Part shown: piece after piece, positions 30,801 through 41,134 of the stretch
Layout: each line of letters starts with the position of its first letter
Numbering within the stretch: position 1 is the first letter of the stretch
Assembly (NCBI GenBank): GCA_963836075.1
Contig: CAWIIB010000009.1
Coordinates: 640,001-704,000 of the forward strand
Length of the DNA: 64,000 nt
From: an uncultured Acidobacteriota bacterium
GTDB taxonomy: Bacteria; Acidobacteriota; JAQAZP01
Reading direction: 5' to 3'
The notes under the pieces: generated by a model
What the model was told of the DNA's origin: nothing
Seen by the model: only the letters and a program-made list of their open reading frames with translations
Database searches by the model: none
Program-made: the position numbers and the translations under genes

Positions 30801-31471
30801 ACCCGGAACTCACCGCCCTCTGGATCACCTTCAAGCTGGCCGGAATCACCACCCTGATCCTGCTGGTTCTCGGCACGCCGCTGGCCTGGTGGCTGGCCCG
30901 CACCGCGGTTCGCTGGAAGACCCTGGTGGAAGCGGTGGTGGCCCTGCCGCTGGTCCTGCCGCCCACGGTGCTCGGCTTCTACCTGCTGGTGGCCCTCGGG
31001 CCCCGGGGGCCGCTGGGCCGGCTGATGGAGCTGCTGGGCCGGCCGCCGCTGACCTTCACCTTCGCCGGCCTGGTGGTGGGGTCGATGATCTACTCGCTAC
31101 CCTTCGTGGTCCAGCCGCTGGAGGGGGCCTTCACCGCGGTGGGCCGCCGCCCGCTGGAAGCGGCGGCCACCCTCGGCGCATCCCCGCTTGACCGCTTCTT
31201 TACCGTGGCCGTGCCCCTGGCCCGCCCCGGCTTCCTCACCGCCGCGGTGCTCGGCTTCGCCCACACGGTGGGCGAGTTCGGCGTGGTGCTGATGATCGGC
31301 GGCAGCATCCCCGGCGAGACCCGGGTCCTCTCCATCGCCATCTACGACCAGGTGGAGATGCTGCAGTATGGCCGGGCCCACTGGCTGGCCGGCGGGCTGC
31401 TGCTGCTCTCCTTTCTGATGCTGCTGGCGGTCTACAGCCTGAACCGCCGTTTCGTACTGGTGCGGCCATGA
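30797..31471 (+). CDS. modB: Molybdate ABC transporter permease
   Basis: GTG start overlapping modA stop; [32 protein letters not shown]. Confidence 0.95.
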   Translation: MNPELTALWITFKLAGITTLILLVLGTPLAWWLARTAVRWKTLVEAVVALPLVLPPTVLGFYLLVALGPRGPLGRLMELLGRPPLTFTFAGLVVGSMIYSLPFVVQPLEGAFTAVGRRPLEAAATLGASPLDRFFTVAVPLARPGFLTAAVLGFAHTVGEFGVVLMIGGSIPGETRVLSIAIYDQVEMLQYGRAHWLAGGLLLLSFLMLLAVYSLNRRFVLVRP

Positions 31472-32535
31472 GCATCGAGGCCCGTTTCAAGATCACCCGC
31501 GGAGACTTCACCCTCGCGGTGCAGCTCACCGCGCCGGACCGCGGGGTCACCGCCATCGTCGGCCCCTCGGGCTGCGGCAAGACCACCCTGCTGCGGGCCA
31601 TGGCCGGCCTTGAGCCATGTCCCGGTGGACACTTGAAGATCGGTGACCGGGTGTGGCAGGAGAACGGCTTCTCCCTGCCGGCCCACTGCCGGGCACTGGG
31701 CTACGTCTTCCAGGAGACCTGTCTCTTCGAGCACCTCACGGTGCGGGGCAACCTGGAGTACGGACTGAAGCGCACGCCCGAGGCGCGGCGCCAGGTCTCC
31801 TTTCAGCGGGCAGTGGACCTGCTGGGGGTGGAACCGCTCCTCGATCGCCGGACCAACGGGCTCTCCGGCGGCGAGGCCCAGCGGGTGGCCATTGCCCGGG
31901 CGCTGCTGGTCAGCCCGCAGCTCCTCCTGCTGGACGAGCCGCTGGCCGCACTGGACCTGGAGAGCCGGGCGAACATCCTCCCCTTTCTCCAGCGGATGCA
32001 CCGCCAGCTGGAGATCCCGGTCTTCTACGTCAGCCACCAGCCGGAAGAGGTGGCCCGCCTTGCCGACCACCTGGTGCTGATGGAACCGGGCACCATCCGG
32101 GCCTCCGGACCGATGAACGAGATGCTGACCCGTGTGGACCTGCCGCTGGCCCGGGGCCGCGGCTCGGCGGCCATCGTCGAAGCGCTGGTCACCGGCCGGG
32201 ACCACACCTGGCAACTCACCTGCCTCAGTTTCCCTGGAGGCAAAATTACCCTGCCCGGAACAGGTCTGAACGATGGTGAGACGGTGCGGTTGCGAGTGCT
32301 GGCCCGCGACGTCAGTCTGTCGCTGGAACCGCACAACAATACCAGCATCCTCAACATCCTTCCGGTGCGGGTAGTCCAGATGGCCGACCAGCCCCCGGCA
32401 CAGGTGATCGTCCGTCTGGAAGCCGGGGGTGTGCCGCTGCTCTCCCGCATCACCCGCAAGTCGGCCGCGGAGCTCCACCTCGAGCCAGGATCAGAGGTTT
32501 GGGCCCAGGTGAAGAGCGTGGCGCTGCTTGACTGA
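31468..32535 (+). CDS. modC: Molybdate ABC transporter ATPase with TOBE domain
   Basis: [26 protein letters not shown]...AQVKSVAL. Confidence 0.95.
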   Translation: MSIEARFKITRGDFTLAVQLTAPDRGVTAIVGPSGCGKTTLLRAMAGLEPCPGGHLKIGDRVWQENGFSLPAHCRALGYVFQETCLFEHLTVRGNLEYGLKRTPEARRQVSFQRAVDLLGVEPLLDRRTNGLSGGEAQRVAIARALLVSPQLLLLDEPLAALDLESRANILPFLQRMHRQLEIPVFYVSHQPEEVARLADHLVLMEPGTIRASGPMNEMLTRVDLPLARGRGSAAIVEALVTGRDHTWQLTCLSFPGGKITLPGTGLNDGETVRLRVLARDVSLSLEPHNNTSILNILPVRVVQMADQPPAQVIVRLEAGGVPLLSRITRKSAAELHLEPGSEVWAQVKSVALLD

Positions 32536-32658
32536 GAAAAATGTGCCCTCCGGCCATTTTTCACTTGCATAAAAAAATATAATTCCGTTAAAATGGAATG
32601 CAAGTGAGTATATCCGCGCCAGCGGAGTAACAGGCCGTATTCACTGACAGGCTCAGAG

Positions 32659-34095
32659 ATGAACAGTCTCGGCAAGATCACCGTTCTCCTGACCATTCTG
32701 CTGCTCATTTTCTGTTATCACGCCACCAGGGCGGACCGCACTGAACTGACCACGCTCCCGGAAAAGAATCTTGATCGTACAGAAAGAATCGCCAAAGAAT
32801 TCGGGCTCTCCATCGAGGCCGGCGGTTCCCTGGCCAGCATCATGCGTCTGACCTATTCCGATCTGGATCTCCAGAAAATGGAGAGCACCTGGACCAGGTT
32901 GCTGCGGGAGACCATCGCGCTGAACGAAGGCCTGGTGGCCAATGCCAATCCGGCCGAGCTGCACGACCCCGCCGCCAACCGGGTCGAGCCGGGAACCACA
33001 CTGCAGCTGCCCGCCATCGCCGCGGTGGAAGAGGGCGACACCGGCATCAGCCGGGTACTGATCAGGTTGAATCCCAAATTGAAGGGCAACGGGCGCGCTC
33101 TCATCGGAGCGATCAAGGCGACCATCAACGCCAATGCCGACCTGATCAGAAAGGCCGACGTGAACCAGTTGCGTGACGGCCGGTTTAACGTCATCGTGGT
33201 TGGCGACATCCTCATCCTTCCGCCCGACGTGCTGCCGCACACACCGGCCCATCACCCCGTGCAGCAGCCCGCCATGGTCGCAAAGAAGACGACCGAAAAC
33301 GCGACACTTCCCACCAGTGAGGAAAAGCTGGAGGAGACCGCCCACCAGGAAGCGGCGGTTGTGGTGACCGAGCCCGAAGAGACCGAAGCAACACTGCCCA
33401 CCGGTGAGGAAAAGCCGGTGGAGATCGCCAGCCAGGTGGCGGCGTCTGTTCTGCCCGAGCCCGAAGAGACCGAAGCGACACTGCCCGCCGGTGAGGAGAA
33501 GCCGGTGGAGATCGCCGGCCAGGTGGCGGCGTCTGTTCTGCCCGAGCCCGAAGAGACCGAAGCGACACTGCCCGCCGGTGAGGAAAAGCCGGTGGAGACC
33601 GCCGAACAGGTTGCGGCGGTTGTGGAGTCCCTGCCTGAGCAGGCCGAGGCGGCACCGCTGGAAATGGAACCGGTGGCCGTGGCCCATGTGGATACCGATG
33701 ACCCCGCTGACCCACCCCTGATTGTGGAACCGTTTCCGGTGATCGCCGGCTCGAAATTTGAGAACCCCATCGGCCCCACCGGCCCCATCGGCCTCACCGC
33801 GTGGGAGACCCGGCGTCCGGCCAAGCCGGTGAAGAAGACCGATCTCCTGGCCGGGGGCAACCTGCTCCTGGCCTACCTGCTGGCCGGGCTGGCTCTCCTG
33901 GGGCTCTTTGTTATTCTGTTGGTCAGGTGGCTCGAGCGGGACAGCGTGTTCCGTGAACAGTTCAACCTGCTGTTCGGAGCAGCTGTTTTCCTCATCACCT
34001 TCGGACGAGTGCGGATCAAGCCGCTCGTGGAAGTCACCGCCGAGGATAAAGACCGTCTGCCGATCCCCGACCAGGAGGGAAAGCAGGAAACCTGA
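32659..34095 (+). CDS. Membrane-anchored protein: signal sequence, two LysM-like motifs, acidic 29-aa repeats, C-terminal TM
   Basis: NRVEPGTTLQLP and NVIVVGDILILP; EPEETEATLPxGEEKPVE repeats; hydrophobic LLLAYLLAGLALLGLFVILLV. Confidence 0.55.
   Translation: MNSLGKITVLLTILLLIFCYHATRADRTELTTLPEKNLDRTERIAKEFGLSIEAGGSLASIMRLTYSDLDLQKMESTWTRLLRETIALNEGLVANANPAELHDPAANRVEPGTTLQLPAIAAVEEGDTGISRVLIRLNPKLKGNGRALIGAIKATINANADLIRKADVNQLRDGRFNVIVVGDILILPPDVLPHTPAHHPVQQPAMVAKKTTENATLPTSEEKLEETAHQEAAVVVTEPEETEATLPTGEEKPVEIASQVAASVLPEPEETEATLPAGEEKPVEIAGQVAASVLPEPEETEATLPAGEEKPVETAEQVAAVVESLPEQAEAAPLEMEPVAVAHVDTDDPADPPLIVEPFPVIAGSKFENPIGPTGPIGLTAWETRRPAKPVKKTDLLAGGNLLLAYLLAGLALLGLFVILLVRWLERDSVFREQFNLLFGAAVFLITFGRVRIKPLVEVTAEDKDRLPIPDQEGKQET
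33292..33640 (+). repeat. Coding tandem repeat, 87-bp unit, about 4 copies
   Basis: accgaagc(a/g)acactgccc recurs at 33382, 33469, 33556 with a degenerate copy at 33292. Confidence 0.9.
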
Positions 34096-34102
34096 TCCCG
34101 CC

Positions 34103-34594
34103 TTATTCCGAAGTCCTCCGGACACTTTCAGATCCAATCAGGCTCACGTCCAGGCGGCCAATGCTGACCGGCGAAAGGCCGGTCCACGGCGCCGTGGCCA
34201 CTATCTGCGACCAGGATTCAACCGTCCCGCCAACCCGGCTCAACTGTCCGTCCTCGGCCACTTCGTCGTTCCCTGACTGCTGAGAGAGGAACGCCTCGAG
34301 CATGTCCTGACGAGGGCCGTGGGCGGCGACCCAGCGCAACTCCTGGATGCCTGGATCGAGGTCCAATCTCTTGCGGGTGATCTGCGGTCGGCCCCGACCG
34401 AGGTTCATGCAGTAGAGCGTCGGTTCCTGCATCCATTCCCGGTCAAGGGAAAACTCCATCGCGGACTCAACAGTCGAACATGTCGACGTGCCGGACACAG
34501 TTGTCTTCTCCCCAACGCCCTGGGCCATGACCGTGGCTCCCGTGAAAAGAATCATTCCGGTGATCAGGATGGCGGCGGCTCTGTTCCTAAACAT
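34103..34594 (-). CDS. Hypothetical secreted protein
   Basis: Purine-rich RBS, signal-like MFRNRAAAILITGMILFTGATVMA; no family recognised. Confidence 0.45.
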   Translation of the reverse strand: MFRNRAAAILITGMILFTGATVMAQGVGEKTTVSGTSTCSTVESAMEFSLDREWMQEPTLYCMNLGRGRPQITRKRLDLDPGIQELRWVAAHGPRQDMLEAFLSQQSGNDEVAEDGQLSRVGGTVESWSQIVATAPWTGLSPVSIGRLDVSLIGSESVRRTSE

Positions 34595-35003
34595 CTTCCT
34601 TCCCCCTTTTTCGTTTTTCTCGTTCATTTTTTAAGGTTCATCCCGATATTTGATCTGCAGATCGATTCCATGCACACCGGTAAAAAGAGCAAGGGCCGTG
34701 CCAGACGGTGGAGTTGATTTGAACGCATTGATTTCAAATCGATTATCCGATCCGATCGCCACACGGTCAGCCGGGACACGGGGGGAGACTGCAAAATATC
34801 CGGCAGGCCTGTCAGCAAATTTCACAGGTAGGCAAAGTGATTTACTGAAGCACGCGGTTTACGAACCATCGGCACCGCTCCTACATTATCCAGCGGAAAT
34901 GGGGAATATATGCCTGTGGCAGCTCTATTTGATTCAGGCCGGAGTGATCTGGTAACGTCTGATATGGATACCGGACAATCCGAACCAAACAGGGGGCATC
35001 ATC

Positions 35004-35762
35004 ATGATTCAGAACAGCCGAAACCATACTCGTCTCTCTGTTTTTCTATTCGCCATGGTTTTGGCAGCATCCGCCTTACCCGGATTCTGCCAGTCACAGA
35101 ACTCCCCAACCGCTGAACCGGCGCACGACCCGTCGCTTCCCCCCATCGACTGCCCGCTCCACAAGCATGGCATCGACCCGGACCATCTGCGGCCGATCGA
35201 AGACGTGGATGAGTACATCGCCTTCCTCGACAACCCGGAACGGGCGGCCTGGCAGAAACCGGATGAGGTGGTGGCGGCACTGAACCTCGAGGGATCGGAG
35301 ACGGTGGTCGATCTCGGCGCCGGCGGTGGCTACTTCACCTTTCGCATGGCCAAACTGCTTCCTGAAGGCAAGGTCATCGCCAGCGACATCGAACCGGAAA
35401 TGATCCGGCACATCCACCACAAGGTAATGACCGAGGGGATCAAGAACGTCCAGGCGGAGCTGATCGAGCCGGCGAACCCGATGCTGCCGGAAGGCGTCGA
35501 CCTGGTCTTCATCTGCGATGTGCTGCACCACGTATCGGACCGTCCGGCGTGGCTCAAGAAACTCGCCGGCAAAATGCGTTCCGGCGCCCGGCTGGTGCTC
35601 ATCGAGTTCCGGGAAGGTGATCTGCCGAAGGGGCCGCCGGAATCGATGAAGATCCCGCGGGACAAGATCATGGAGCTGATGGCCGGGGCCGGATTCGTTT
35701 TTGTGTCGGAGAGCCCGGAGCTGCTGCCCTACCAGCTCTTTCTGGAATTCGCAAAACCATGA
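35004..35762 (+). CDS. Class I SAM-dependent methyltransferase with signal peptide
   Basis: RAAWQKPDEVV...VVDLGAGGGYFT...DIEPEM...DVLHH. Confidence 0.85.
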   Translation: MIQNSRNHTRLSVFLFAMVLAASALPGFCQSQNSPTAEPAHDPSLPPIDCPLHKHGIDPDHLRPIEDVDEYIAFLDNPERAAWQKPDEVVAALNLEGSETVVDLGAGGGYFTFRMAKLLPEGKVIASDIEPEMIRHIHHKVMTEGIKNVQAELIEPANPMLPEGVDLVFICDVLHHVSDRPAWLKKLAGKMRSGARLVLIEFREGDLPKGPPESMKIPRDKIMELMAGAGFVFVSESPELLPYQLFLEFAKP

Positions 35763-36256
35763 CCGCCGAGGCTCCCTTCACCTTCACCCCCATCGGCGTG
35801 ATCCGCTCGGATCACAAAACCGCGGCGGGCACACCCATCCAGCCCGCCTATGCCGATGATACGTGCGTGGGGCAGGTGATCCTCGAGCCCGGGTTCGAGG
35901 AGGCGCTGGAAGATATCGAAGGGTTCGAACGTGTCTGGCTGATCTACCTGCTCGACAGGGCCGGAGATTACCGCCCGAAAATCGTCCCATACCGGGACGT
36001 GATCGAACACGGCCTGTTCGCCACGCGCTCACCGTGCCGGCCGAATCCCATCGGCCTCTCGGTGGTCCGGCTGGTGGCCCGCAAGGGGAACATCCTGCAA
36101 ATCAGCGGGGTGGATATCCTGAACGGCACACCGCTGCTGGACATCAAACCCTATGTCCCGGAATTCGACGCTCACCCCGTTTCAAAAGCCGGCTGGCTGG
36201 ACGAGCGGCGCTCCGAGCGCACCCGGGCCGATGACCGGTTTCACCAGCCCGAGTAA
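35759..36256 (+). CDS. tsaA: TsaA/TrmO-like SAM-binding tRNA methyltransferase domain protein
   Basis: PIGVIRS...GLFATRSPCRPNPIGLSVV...DILNGTPLLDIKPY. Confidence 0.85.
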   Translation: MTAEAPFTFTPIGVIRSDHKTAAGTPIQPAYADDTCVGQVILEPGFEEALEDIEGFERVWLIYLLDRAGDYRPKIVPYRDVIEHGLFATRSPCRPNPIGLSVVRLVARKGNILQISGVDILNGTPLLDIKPYVPEFDAHPVSKAGWLDERRSERTRADDRFHQPE

Positions 36257-36305
36257 AAATTTTTATCCGTTTGCAGTCTTACAGGACATTGATCTGCCCC
36301 GGCGG

Positions 36306-38474
36306 TCACTGCTTCAGCAGTTCAATCATCTTTTTCGGGTCGGTGACCGGGGCCTGGCAGGCATAGTTGCGGCAGACATAGGCAGTGGCCTTGCCTTCCC
36401 GGCTGGTCTGTGCCTCGAGATAGGGGGCCAGGGCGAGAACGGGGTCCTGCTCTTCGGGACGAAGGACCACCACCATGTTGGGGATGTAGACCGATTCCAC
36501 GGCGCGGAGCATCTGTTTGGTGTCCTCGGCATCGCGCTTTCCGGCGATCACCACCTCGAAGGAGGGGCCGGCGGCAAAATCGACGGCGCAGAGCATCTGG
36601 GTGAAGCCGGTGGGGGACTGGACCAGCTGGGCGGAAAAGAGCTTGGCGATGGCCGCCGCCTTCTGCTCCAGCTGCGGGTCGGCGGTGATCCGGCCGAGGC
36701 GGATCAGGTTCATCATCGCCACCGAATTGCCGGAGGGAACGGCCCCGTCGTAGCCATCCTTCTGCCGGACGATGAGTTCCTCTGCGTCGTCGGCCGTGGT
36801 GAACAGCCCGCCGGCCTTTTCGTCCCAGAAGTGGTAGAGCATCTGCAGGTTCAGCTGGAGCGCCTCTTCGAGATATGCCGCGTCGAATGTAGATTCGTAC
36901 ATCTCGATCAGACCCCAGACAAAAAAGGCGTAGTCGTCGATCCCGCCGTCGATCCCGGCCGAACCCTCGCGGTAGCGGTGGAGCAGCCGGCCTTTCTTTG
37001 TCCGCATCTTTTCCCGGTTGAAACGGATGGCCTTCTCCGCCACGGCGAGACAGCTCGGCTCATCGAAGACTCTGGCCGCCTGGGCCAGTGCGGCGATCAT
37101 CAGGCCGTTCCAGTCGGTGAGCACCTTGTCGTCCTTGTAAGGGTGAATCCGTTTCTCGCGGACGTCGAACAGGGTGATCAGCGACGGCTCAAGTCTGGCG
37201 CGAAGTTTTTCCTCATCCAGTCCCAGGCGGGCGGCGTTCTGGGCCATGCTGCCGGTGAGGTGGAGGATATTGGCGCCGTGGCCGCCCTCCTCAAAAGTGC
37301 CCCCATCCTTAATGTTGAAAAGGTCGATGACCAGTTTGGCCTCGGCCGCGGGCAGCAGATTGCGAATCTCCTCGGTGGTCCAGAGGTAGAACTTCCCCTC
37401 CACGCCCTCACTGTCCGCGTCTTCGGCGGAATAGAACCCGCCCTCAGGAGAGGTCATATCGCGAATGACGTAGGTGAAGATTTCCTCGGCCACCCGGCGG
37501 TACTCGATTTTTCCGGTGGCCTGGTGGGTTTCGATCAAGGCCAGGGCAATCATCGCCTGGTCGTAGAGCATCTTTTCGAAGTGCGGGGCAAACCACCGCT
37601 CGTCGGTGGAATAGCGGTGGAACCCTAAACCGAGGTGGTCGTATATCCCTCCCCGGCGCATGGCCTGGAGGGTTTTCTCCACCATCTCCAGCGCCCTTTC
37701 GTCACCGCTGCGCTTCCAGTGGCGGAGACAGAGCAGCAGCTGGTGCGGGGTGGGGAACTTCGGCGCCCCGCCGAACCCGCCGTTCCGGTCGTCGAAGCTG
37801 CGCTCCAGCAGGCCGAAGGCCGCCTTGACCTCGGTGGGGCCCGGGTCGTTACCCGGGGTCATCGCCGAACTCTTTTCCAGAACCGAGGTGATCTCGTCGG
37901 CGCCTTTCAATAGCTCCTCACGGCGGGTATTCCAGGCTGCGGCCAGCTGGGGGAGCATGTCCATCATCCCCGGACGGCCGTGCATGCCGTGCTTGGGGAA
38001 GTAGGTGCCGGCGAAAAAGGGCTTCTTCTCCGGGGTCATGATCACGGTCAGCGGCCAGCCGCCCGAACCGGTGAGCATCTGGCAGACGGTCATGTAGACC
38101 CCGTCGATGTCCGGCCGCTCTTCCCGGTCGACCTTGATCGAGACGAAGTGCTCGTTGAGCAGCGCCGCCACCTCGGTGTCCTCGAACGACTCGCGTTCCA
38201 TCACGTGGCACCAGTGGCAGGTGCTGTAGCCGATGGAGAGGAAGACCGGCTTGTCTTCCGCACGCGCCCTGGCGAATGCCTCCTCACCCCAGGGATACCA
38301 GTCCACCGGGTTGTGGGCGTGCTGCAGGAGGTAGGGGCTCTTCTCGTCGATCAGCCGGTTGCTCATCTTTTCCTTTCCGGACGGCTCGGCCTGCAGCCCG
38401 GCGGAATCGACGGGACCGGAGCAGGATATGGCGAGGAGCAGCAGCAGCGGCAGCCTCGTCATCAGTTTCATCAT
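36306..38474 (-). CDS. YyaL/DUF255 thioredoxin-domain + alpha/alpha-barrel protein with N-terminal signal
   Basis: [54 protein letters not shown]-type motif; N-terminal hydrophobic stretch ending AISC. Confidence 0.9.
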   Translation of the reverse strand: MMKLMTRLPLLLLLAISCSGPVDSAGLQAEPSGKEKMSNRLIDEKSPYLLQHAHNPVDWYPWGEEAFARARAEDKPVFLSIGYSTCHWCHVMERESFEDTEVAALLNEHFVSIKVDREERPDIDGVYMTVCQMLTGSGGWPLTVIMTPEKKPFFAGTYFPKHGMHGRPGMMDMLPQLAAAWNTRREELLKGADEITSVLEKSSAMTPGNDPGPTEVKAAFGLLERSFDDRNGGFGGAPKFPTPHQLLLCLRHWKRSGDERALEMVEKTLQAMRRGGIYDHLGLGFHRYSTDERWFAPHFEKMLYDQAMIALALIETHQATGKIEYRRVAEEIFTYVIRDMTSPEGGFYSAEDADSEGVEGKFYLWTTEEIRNLLPAAEAKLVIDLFNIKDGGTFEEGGHGANILHLTGSMAQNAARLGLDEEKLRARLEPSLITLFDVREKRIHPYKDDKVLTDWNGLMIAALAQAARVFDEPSCLAVAEKAIRFNREKMRTKKGRLLHRYREGSAGIDGGIDDYAFFVWGLIEMYESTFDAAYLEEALQLNLQMLYHFWDEKAGGLFTTADDAEELIVRQKDGYDGAVPSGNSVAMMNLIRLGRITADPQLEQKAAAIAKLFSAQLVQSPTGFTQMLCAVDFAAGPSFEVVIAGKRDAEDTKQMLRAVESVYIPNMVVVLRPEEQDPVLALAPYLEAQTSREGKATAYVCRNYACQAPVTDPKKMIELLKQ

Positions 38475-38494
38475 CGTGGTGTTTCTATATCTTT

Positions 38495-38935
38495 CTATCC
38501 GGGATACTTGCGGTCGATATAGTCTTTCAGGTGGCGGTTCTCGTACTCGCTGACCTTTTTCTGGTGCTTGACCACGTCGCCCATGGAGATGATCCCCACC
38601 AGCCGCTTTTTGTCCAGGATCGGCAGGTGGCGGACACGGTTCTCGATCATCAGGTTCTCCACCGCGTCCAGCTCGTCTTCGGGCTCGCCAATAATGAGAT
38701 CGGTGGTCATCACGTCCTTCACCGGGGTCGTCTTCAGGACGTCATACTTGGTGTAGCTGACGTAGAGGATATCCCGCTCGGTGAGGATCCCGGCGATGCT
38801 CCCCTGCTGGTTCAGGGCCAGCAGGCTGCCGATCTTGTTCTTGACCAGGACCTCCATCGCGTCGAAGATCATCTTCTCGTCATGGATGGTGACCACTTCC
38901 GGTCCCTTGGTTTTCAGTATGTCCTTTACTTTCAT
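38495..38935 (-). CDS. CBS domain pair protein
   Basis: IGSLL...GILTERD...VKDVMT...RHLPI...[10 protein letters not shown]. Confidence 0.92.
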   Translation of the reverse strand: MKVKDILKTKGPEVVTIHDEKMIFDAMEVLVKNKIGSLLALNQQGSIAGILTERDILYVSYTKYDVLKTTPVKDVMTTDLIIGEPEDELDAVENLMIENRVRHLPILDKKRLVGIISMGDVVKHQKKVSEYENRHLKDYIDRKYPG

Positions 38936-38962
38936 CGTCCTCACCTCCGCTGCAGGAAATGC

Positions 38963-39430
38963 TCAGCCCTGCTGTTCCTTCAGTTCAGCCAGCACCGCTT
39001 CAGCATGACCCTTGGCCTTCACGTTGGGCCAGACCCTGGCCACCTTGCCCGCCGGGTTGATCAGCACGGTGCTCCGCGCCACGCCCATGTACTCCCGCCC
39101 GTAGTTCTTTTTCAGCCGCCAGGCACCGTAGGCCTCCAGCGCCTGGTGCTCCGGGTCGCTGAGCAGGGTCACCTTCAGGTTTTGCTTCTCCCGGAAATTG
39201 CGGTGGGTGACCGTCTTGTCCGGGCTCACTCCCAGCACCACCGCGTCGAGCTTCTCGAACTTCTTGAGGGCCGCCGTGAACTCGGCGGCTTCCACGGTTC
39301 ACCCGGAGGTGTTGTCCTTGGGGTAGAAGTAGAGCACAACCCATTGGCCCTTAAAGTGGGAGAGCCTCACCAGTTCATCGTCCTGGTTCAACAGCTTGAA
39401 GGCCGGCGCTTTCATTTTTGGTTCGAGCAT
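38963..39430 (-). CDS. bcp: Bcp/PrxQ peroxiredoxin with selenocysteine (UGA) at the peroxidatic position, 155 aa
   Basis: ATG 39430: [11 protein letters not shown]...[16 protein letters not shown](39299-39301)-TVEAAEF continues in frame into ORF 38963..39295; GGAGG RBS. Confidence 0.88.
39270..39289 (-). promoter_or_regulatory. Candidate bacterial SECIS hairpin
   Basis: GCCGCCG-AGTTCA-CGGCGGC beginning 9 nt 3' of the UGA. Confidence 0.6.
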
Positions 39431-39737
39431 CCCCCTTCGTCCTCCTTGATTCACAGATCAGTGCAATTGATTAATGCGCCCCGAACATCATCGGGACAAC
39501 AAACCACTACAATGGTAGATGATATTGCAGATACTGTGCCATATGGATGAGAATGGTTCAAGACTAAGATTATATAGCATTTACAAGCAATCGAACATTT
39601 ATCTCGTGATACCTGACTTCCGCCTGGGTTGCAACGAGACAAAATTCCGTCTCACATCGGGCAAGATGAGACACCCCGGGAGACATGAACAGGATGCAAC
39701 AGAATCGGGTCAGCCCCTTTTGTTGCATATGCGCTAC

Positions 39738-39773
39738 AAAAAACAGGGACACCCTTCCCGGAGTGTCCCTGTT
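39738..39773 (-). terminator. Rho-independent terminator after porin gene
   Basis: aacagggacac...gtgtccctgtt stem with A6 (T6 on minus strand). Confidence 0.8.
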
Positions 39774-39799
39774 CCACTTGCCTTAGTTGGGTACCCGGC

Positions 39800-41068
39800 C
39801 TAGAAGCCCCACGCGGTGAAAAACATCACCTTGGTCACGTCCTGCGAGAATTCATCCGCATCGTAAATAGCCGCCTTGATGGCGAAGAGCTGTTTCCAGG
39901 AACTCTTCCAGCCGGCCATGAGGTCGATTTCATCGCCGTAATAGGCACTGCCTTCGTCGGACTTGAACCAGTGGTAGACCCCCTTGAGGTCGAAGGCTCC
40001 GAGCTTGCTGCCGAGAGCGATGTACGTATCAGTCAGCCCGTTCTCCGGCGTGTTGAGAAAGCGGTCGGCCCAGCCGTTCCACTTGTGCAGCGTGGCCAGC
40101 GGCGTGGAGAAGCTTCCGTTTGCAGGGCTGCCGCCCAGCACCTCGTAACCGAGGGTGAACGAAAACGCCCTGGTGTAACCAAAACCGGCTTGCAGGCGGT
40201 AGTAGTCGGCATCGACATTGTACGGGTTGCTTGCGATATCGTTCTGTTTGGCGTATTCGAAATCGTAGTTGATCTTCCAGTCCTCTTCGGCGGCCCAGTC
40301 ACCGTCCAGCCGGCCGCCAAAGGTGCCGGTGGAGGCGCCGTAATCGGCCTCGTTGTCATAGTCCAGGTAGTAGTAGTAGAGCGTGAAATCGACATAGGGA
40401 CAGCCGGTTACCCTGGCGTTGAACAGACTGCTGTTCATCTTCTTGTTGTCGCCGAAGACCCGGTTGACGTTGGCCATATAGATATAGGTCAGCCGGGTGT
40501 GGGGAATCGACTCGTTGCCGATGGAGAAGGCGTCGAAGGACTGGTGGTTCTGCCGCCAGCCCACGTTGCCCACAAAGCGCTGGTTGTCCAGGATGATCTC
40601 GTCCCGGCCGGCCCGAAGGATGGTGTCCGGAATGGCGCGGACATCGAGGTAGACCTGGTTGATCTCGGTGAGCGCCGGGTCGGCCACCACCGGCCGGTCA
40701 TCCACGCCGTTCCAGAGGCTGCCCGCGCCCTTGTTGTTGTAAAGGTCGTTGCCCAGCACGGTGACGTTCTCCGCCTCGAGAAAGGCGCTGACGCCGTGCC
40801 AGGGAAGCGTACGGTACCCCAGGGCGGTGCGCAGGGTGGAGGCGTGGGCATCCTTGTCCGGCACCAGGTCATCGGCGACATTTTCATAGCGGTAGCGCAG
40901 GTTGAGGGAGACCGTTCCCTTCATCAGGGCCTCGAGCAGGTTGTCGGCTTCGGCCTTTTTCTCATCCTTCCCGTCCTCTCCGGCCAGAACCATCGGGGTG
41001 CTGAGCAGAATGATCAGCAGTATGGCCAGCAGCCAGCGCCCGCCAGGCACGGTTGAAATCATTTTCAT
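39800..41068 (-). CDS. Alginate-export-family outer-membrane beta-barrel
   Basis: LRYRYENV, RPVVADP, DNQRFVGNVGWRQNHQSFD, TPLATLHKWNGWADRFL; terminal Phe. Confidence 0.85.
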   Translation of the reverse strand: MKMISTVPGGRWLLAILLIILLSTPMVLAGEDGKDEKKAEADNLLEALMKGTVSLNLRYRYENVADDLVPDKDAHASTLRTALGYRTLPWHGVSAFLEAENVTVLGNDLYNNKGAGSLWNGVDDRPVVADPALTEINQVYLDVRAIPDTILRAGRDEIILDNQRFVGNVGWRQNHQSFDAFSIGNESIPHTRLTYIYMANVNRVFGDNKKMNSSLFNARVTGCPYVDFTLYYYYLDYDNEADYGASTGTFGGRLDGDWAAEEDWKINYDFEYAKQNDIASNPYNVDADYYRLQAGFGYTRAFSFTLGYEVLGGSPANGSFSTPLATLHKWNGWADRFLNTPENGLTDTYIALGSKLGAFDLKGVYHWFKSDEGSAYYGDEIDLMAGWKSSWKQLFAIKAAIYDADEFSQDVTKVMFFTAWGF

Positions 41069-41134
41069 GGACGCCTCCCTCAAATAAAGAGGAGGGCCGG
41101 CCGGGCCTTGCAAAATGGCCGGCCGGACCCGCGC

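Noticed and set aside
33292-33640. Possible CRISPR array
   Set aside because: Units are contiguous 87-bp in-frame coding repeats without unique spacers; no cas genes.
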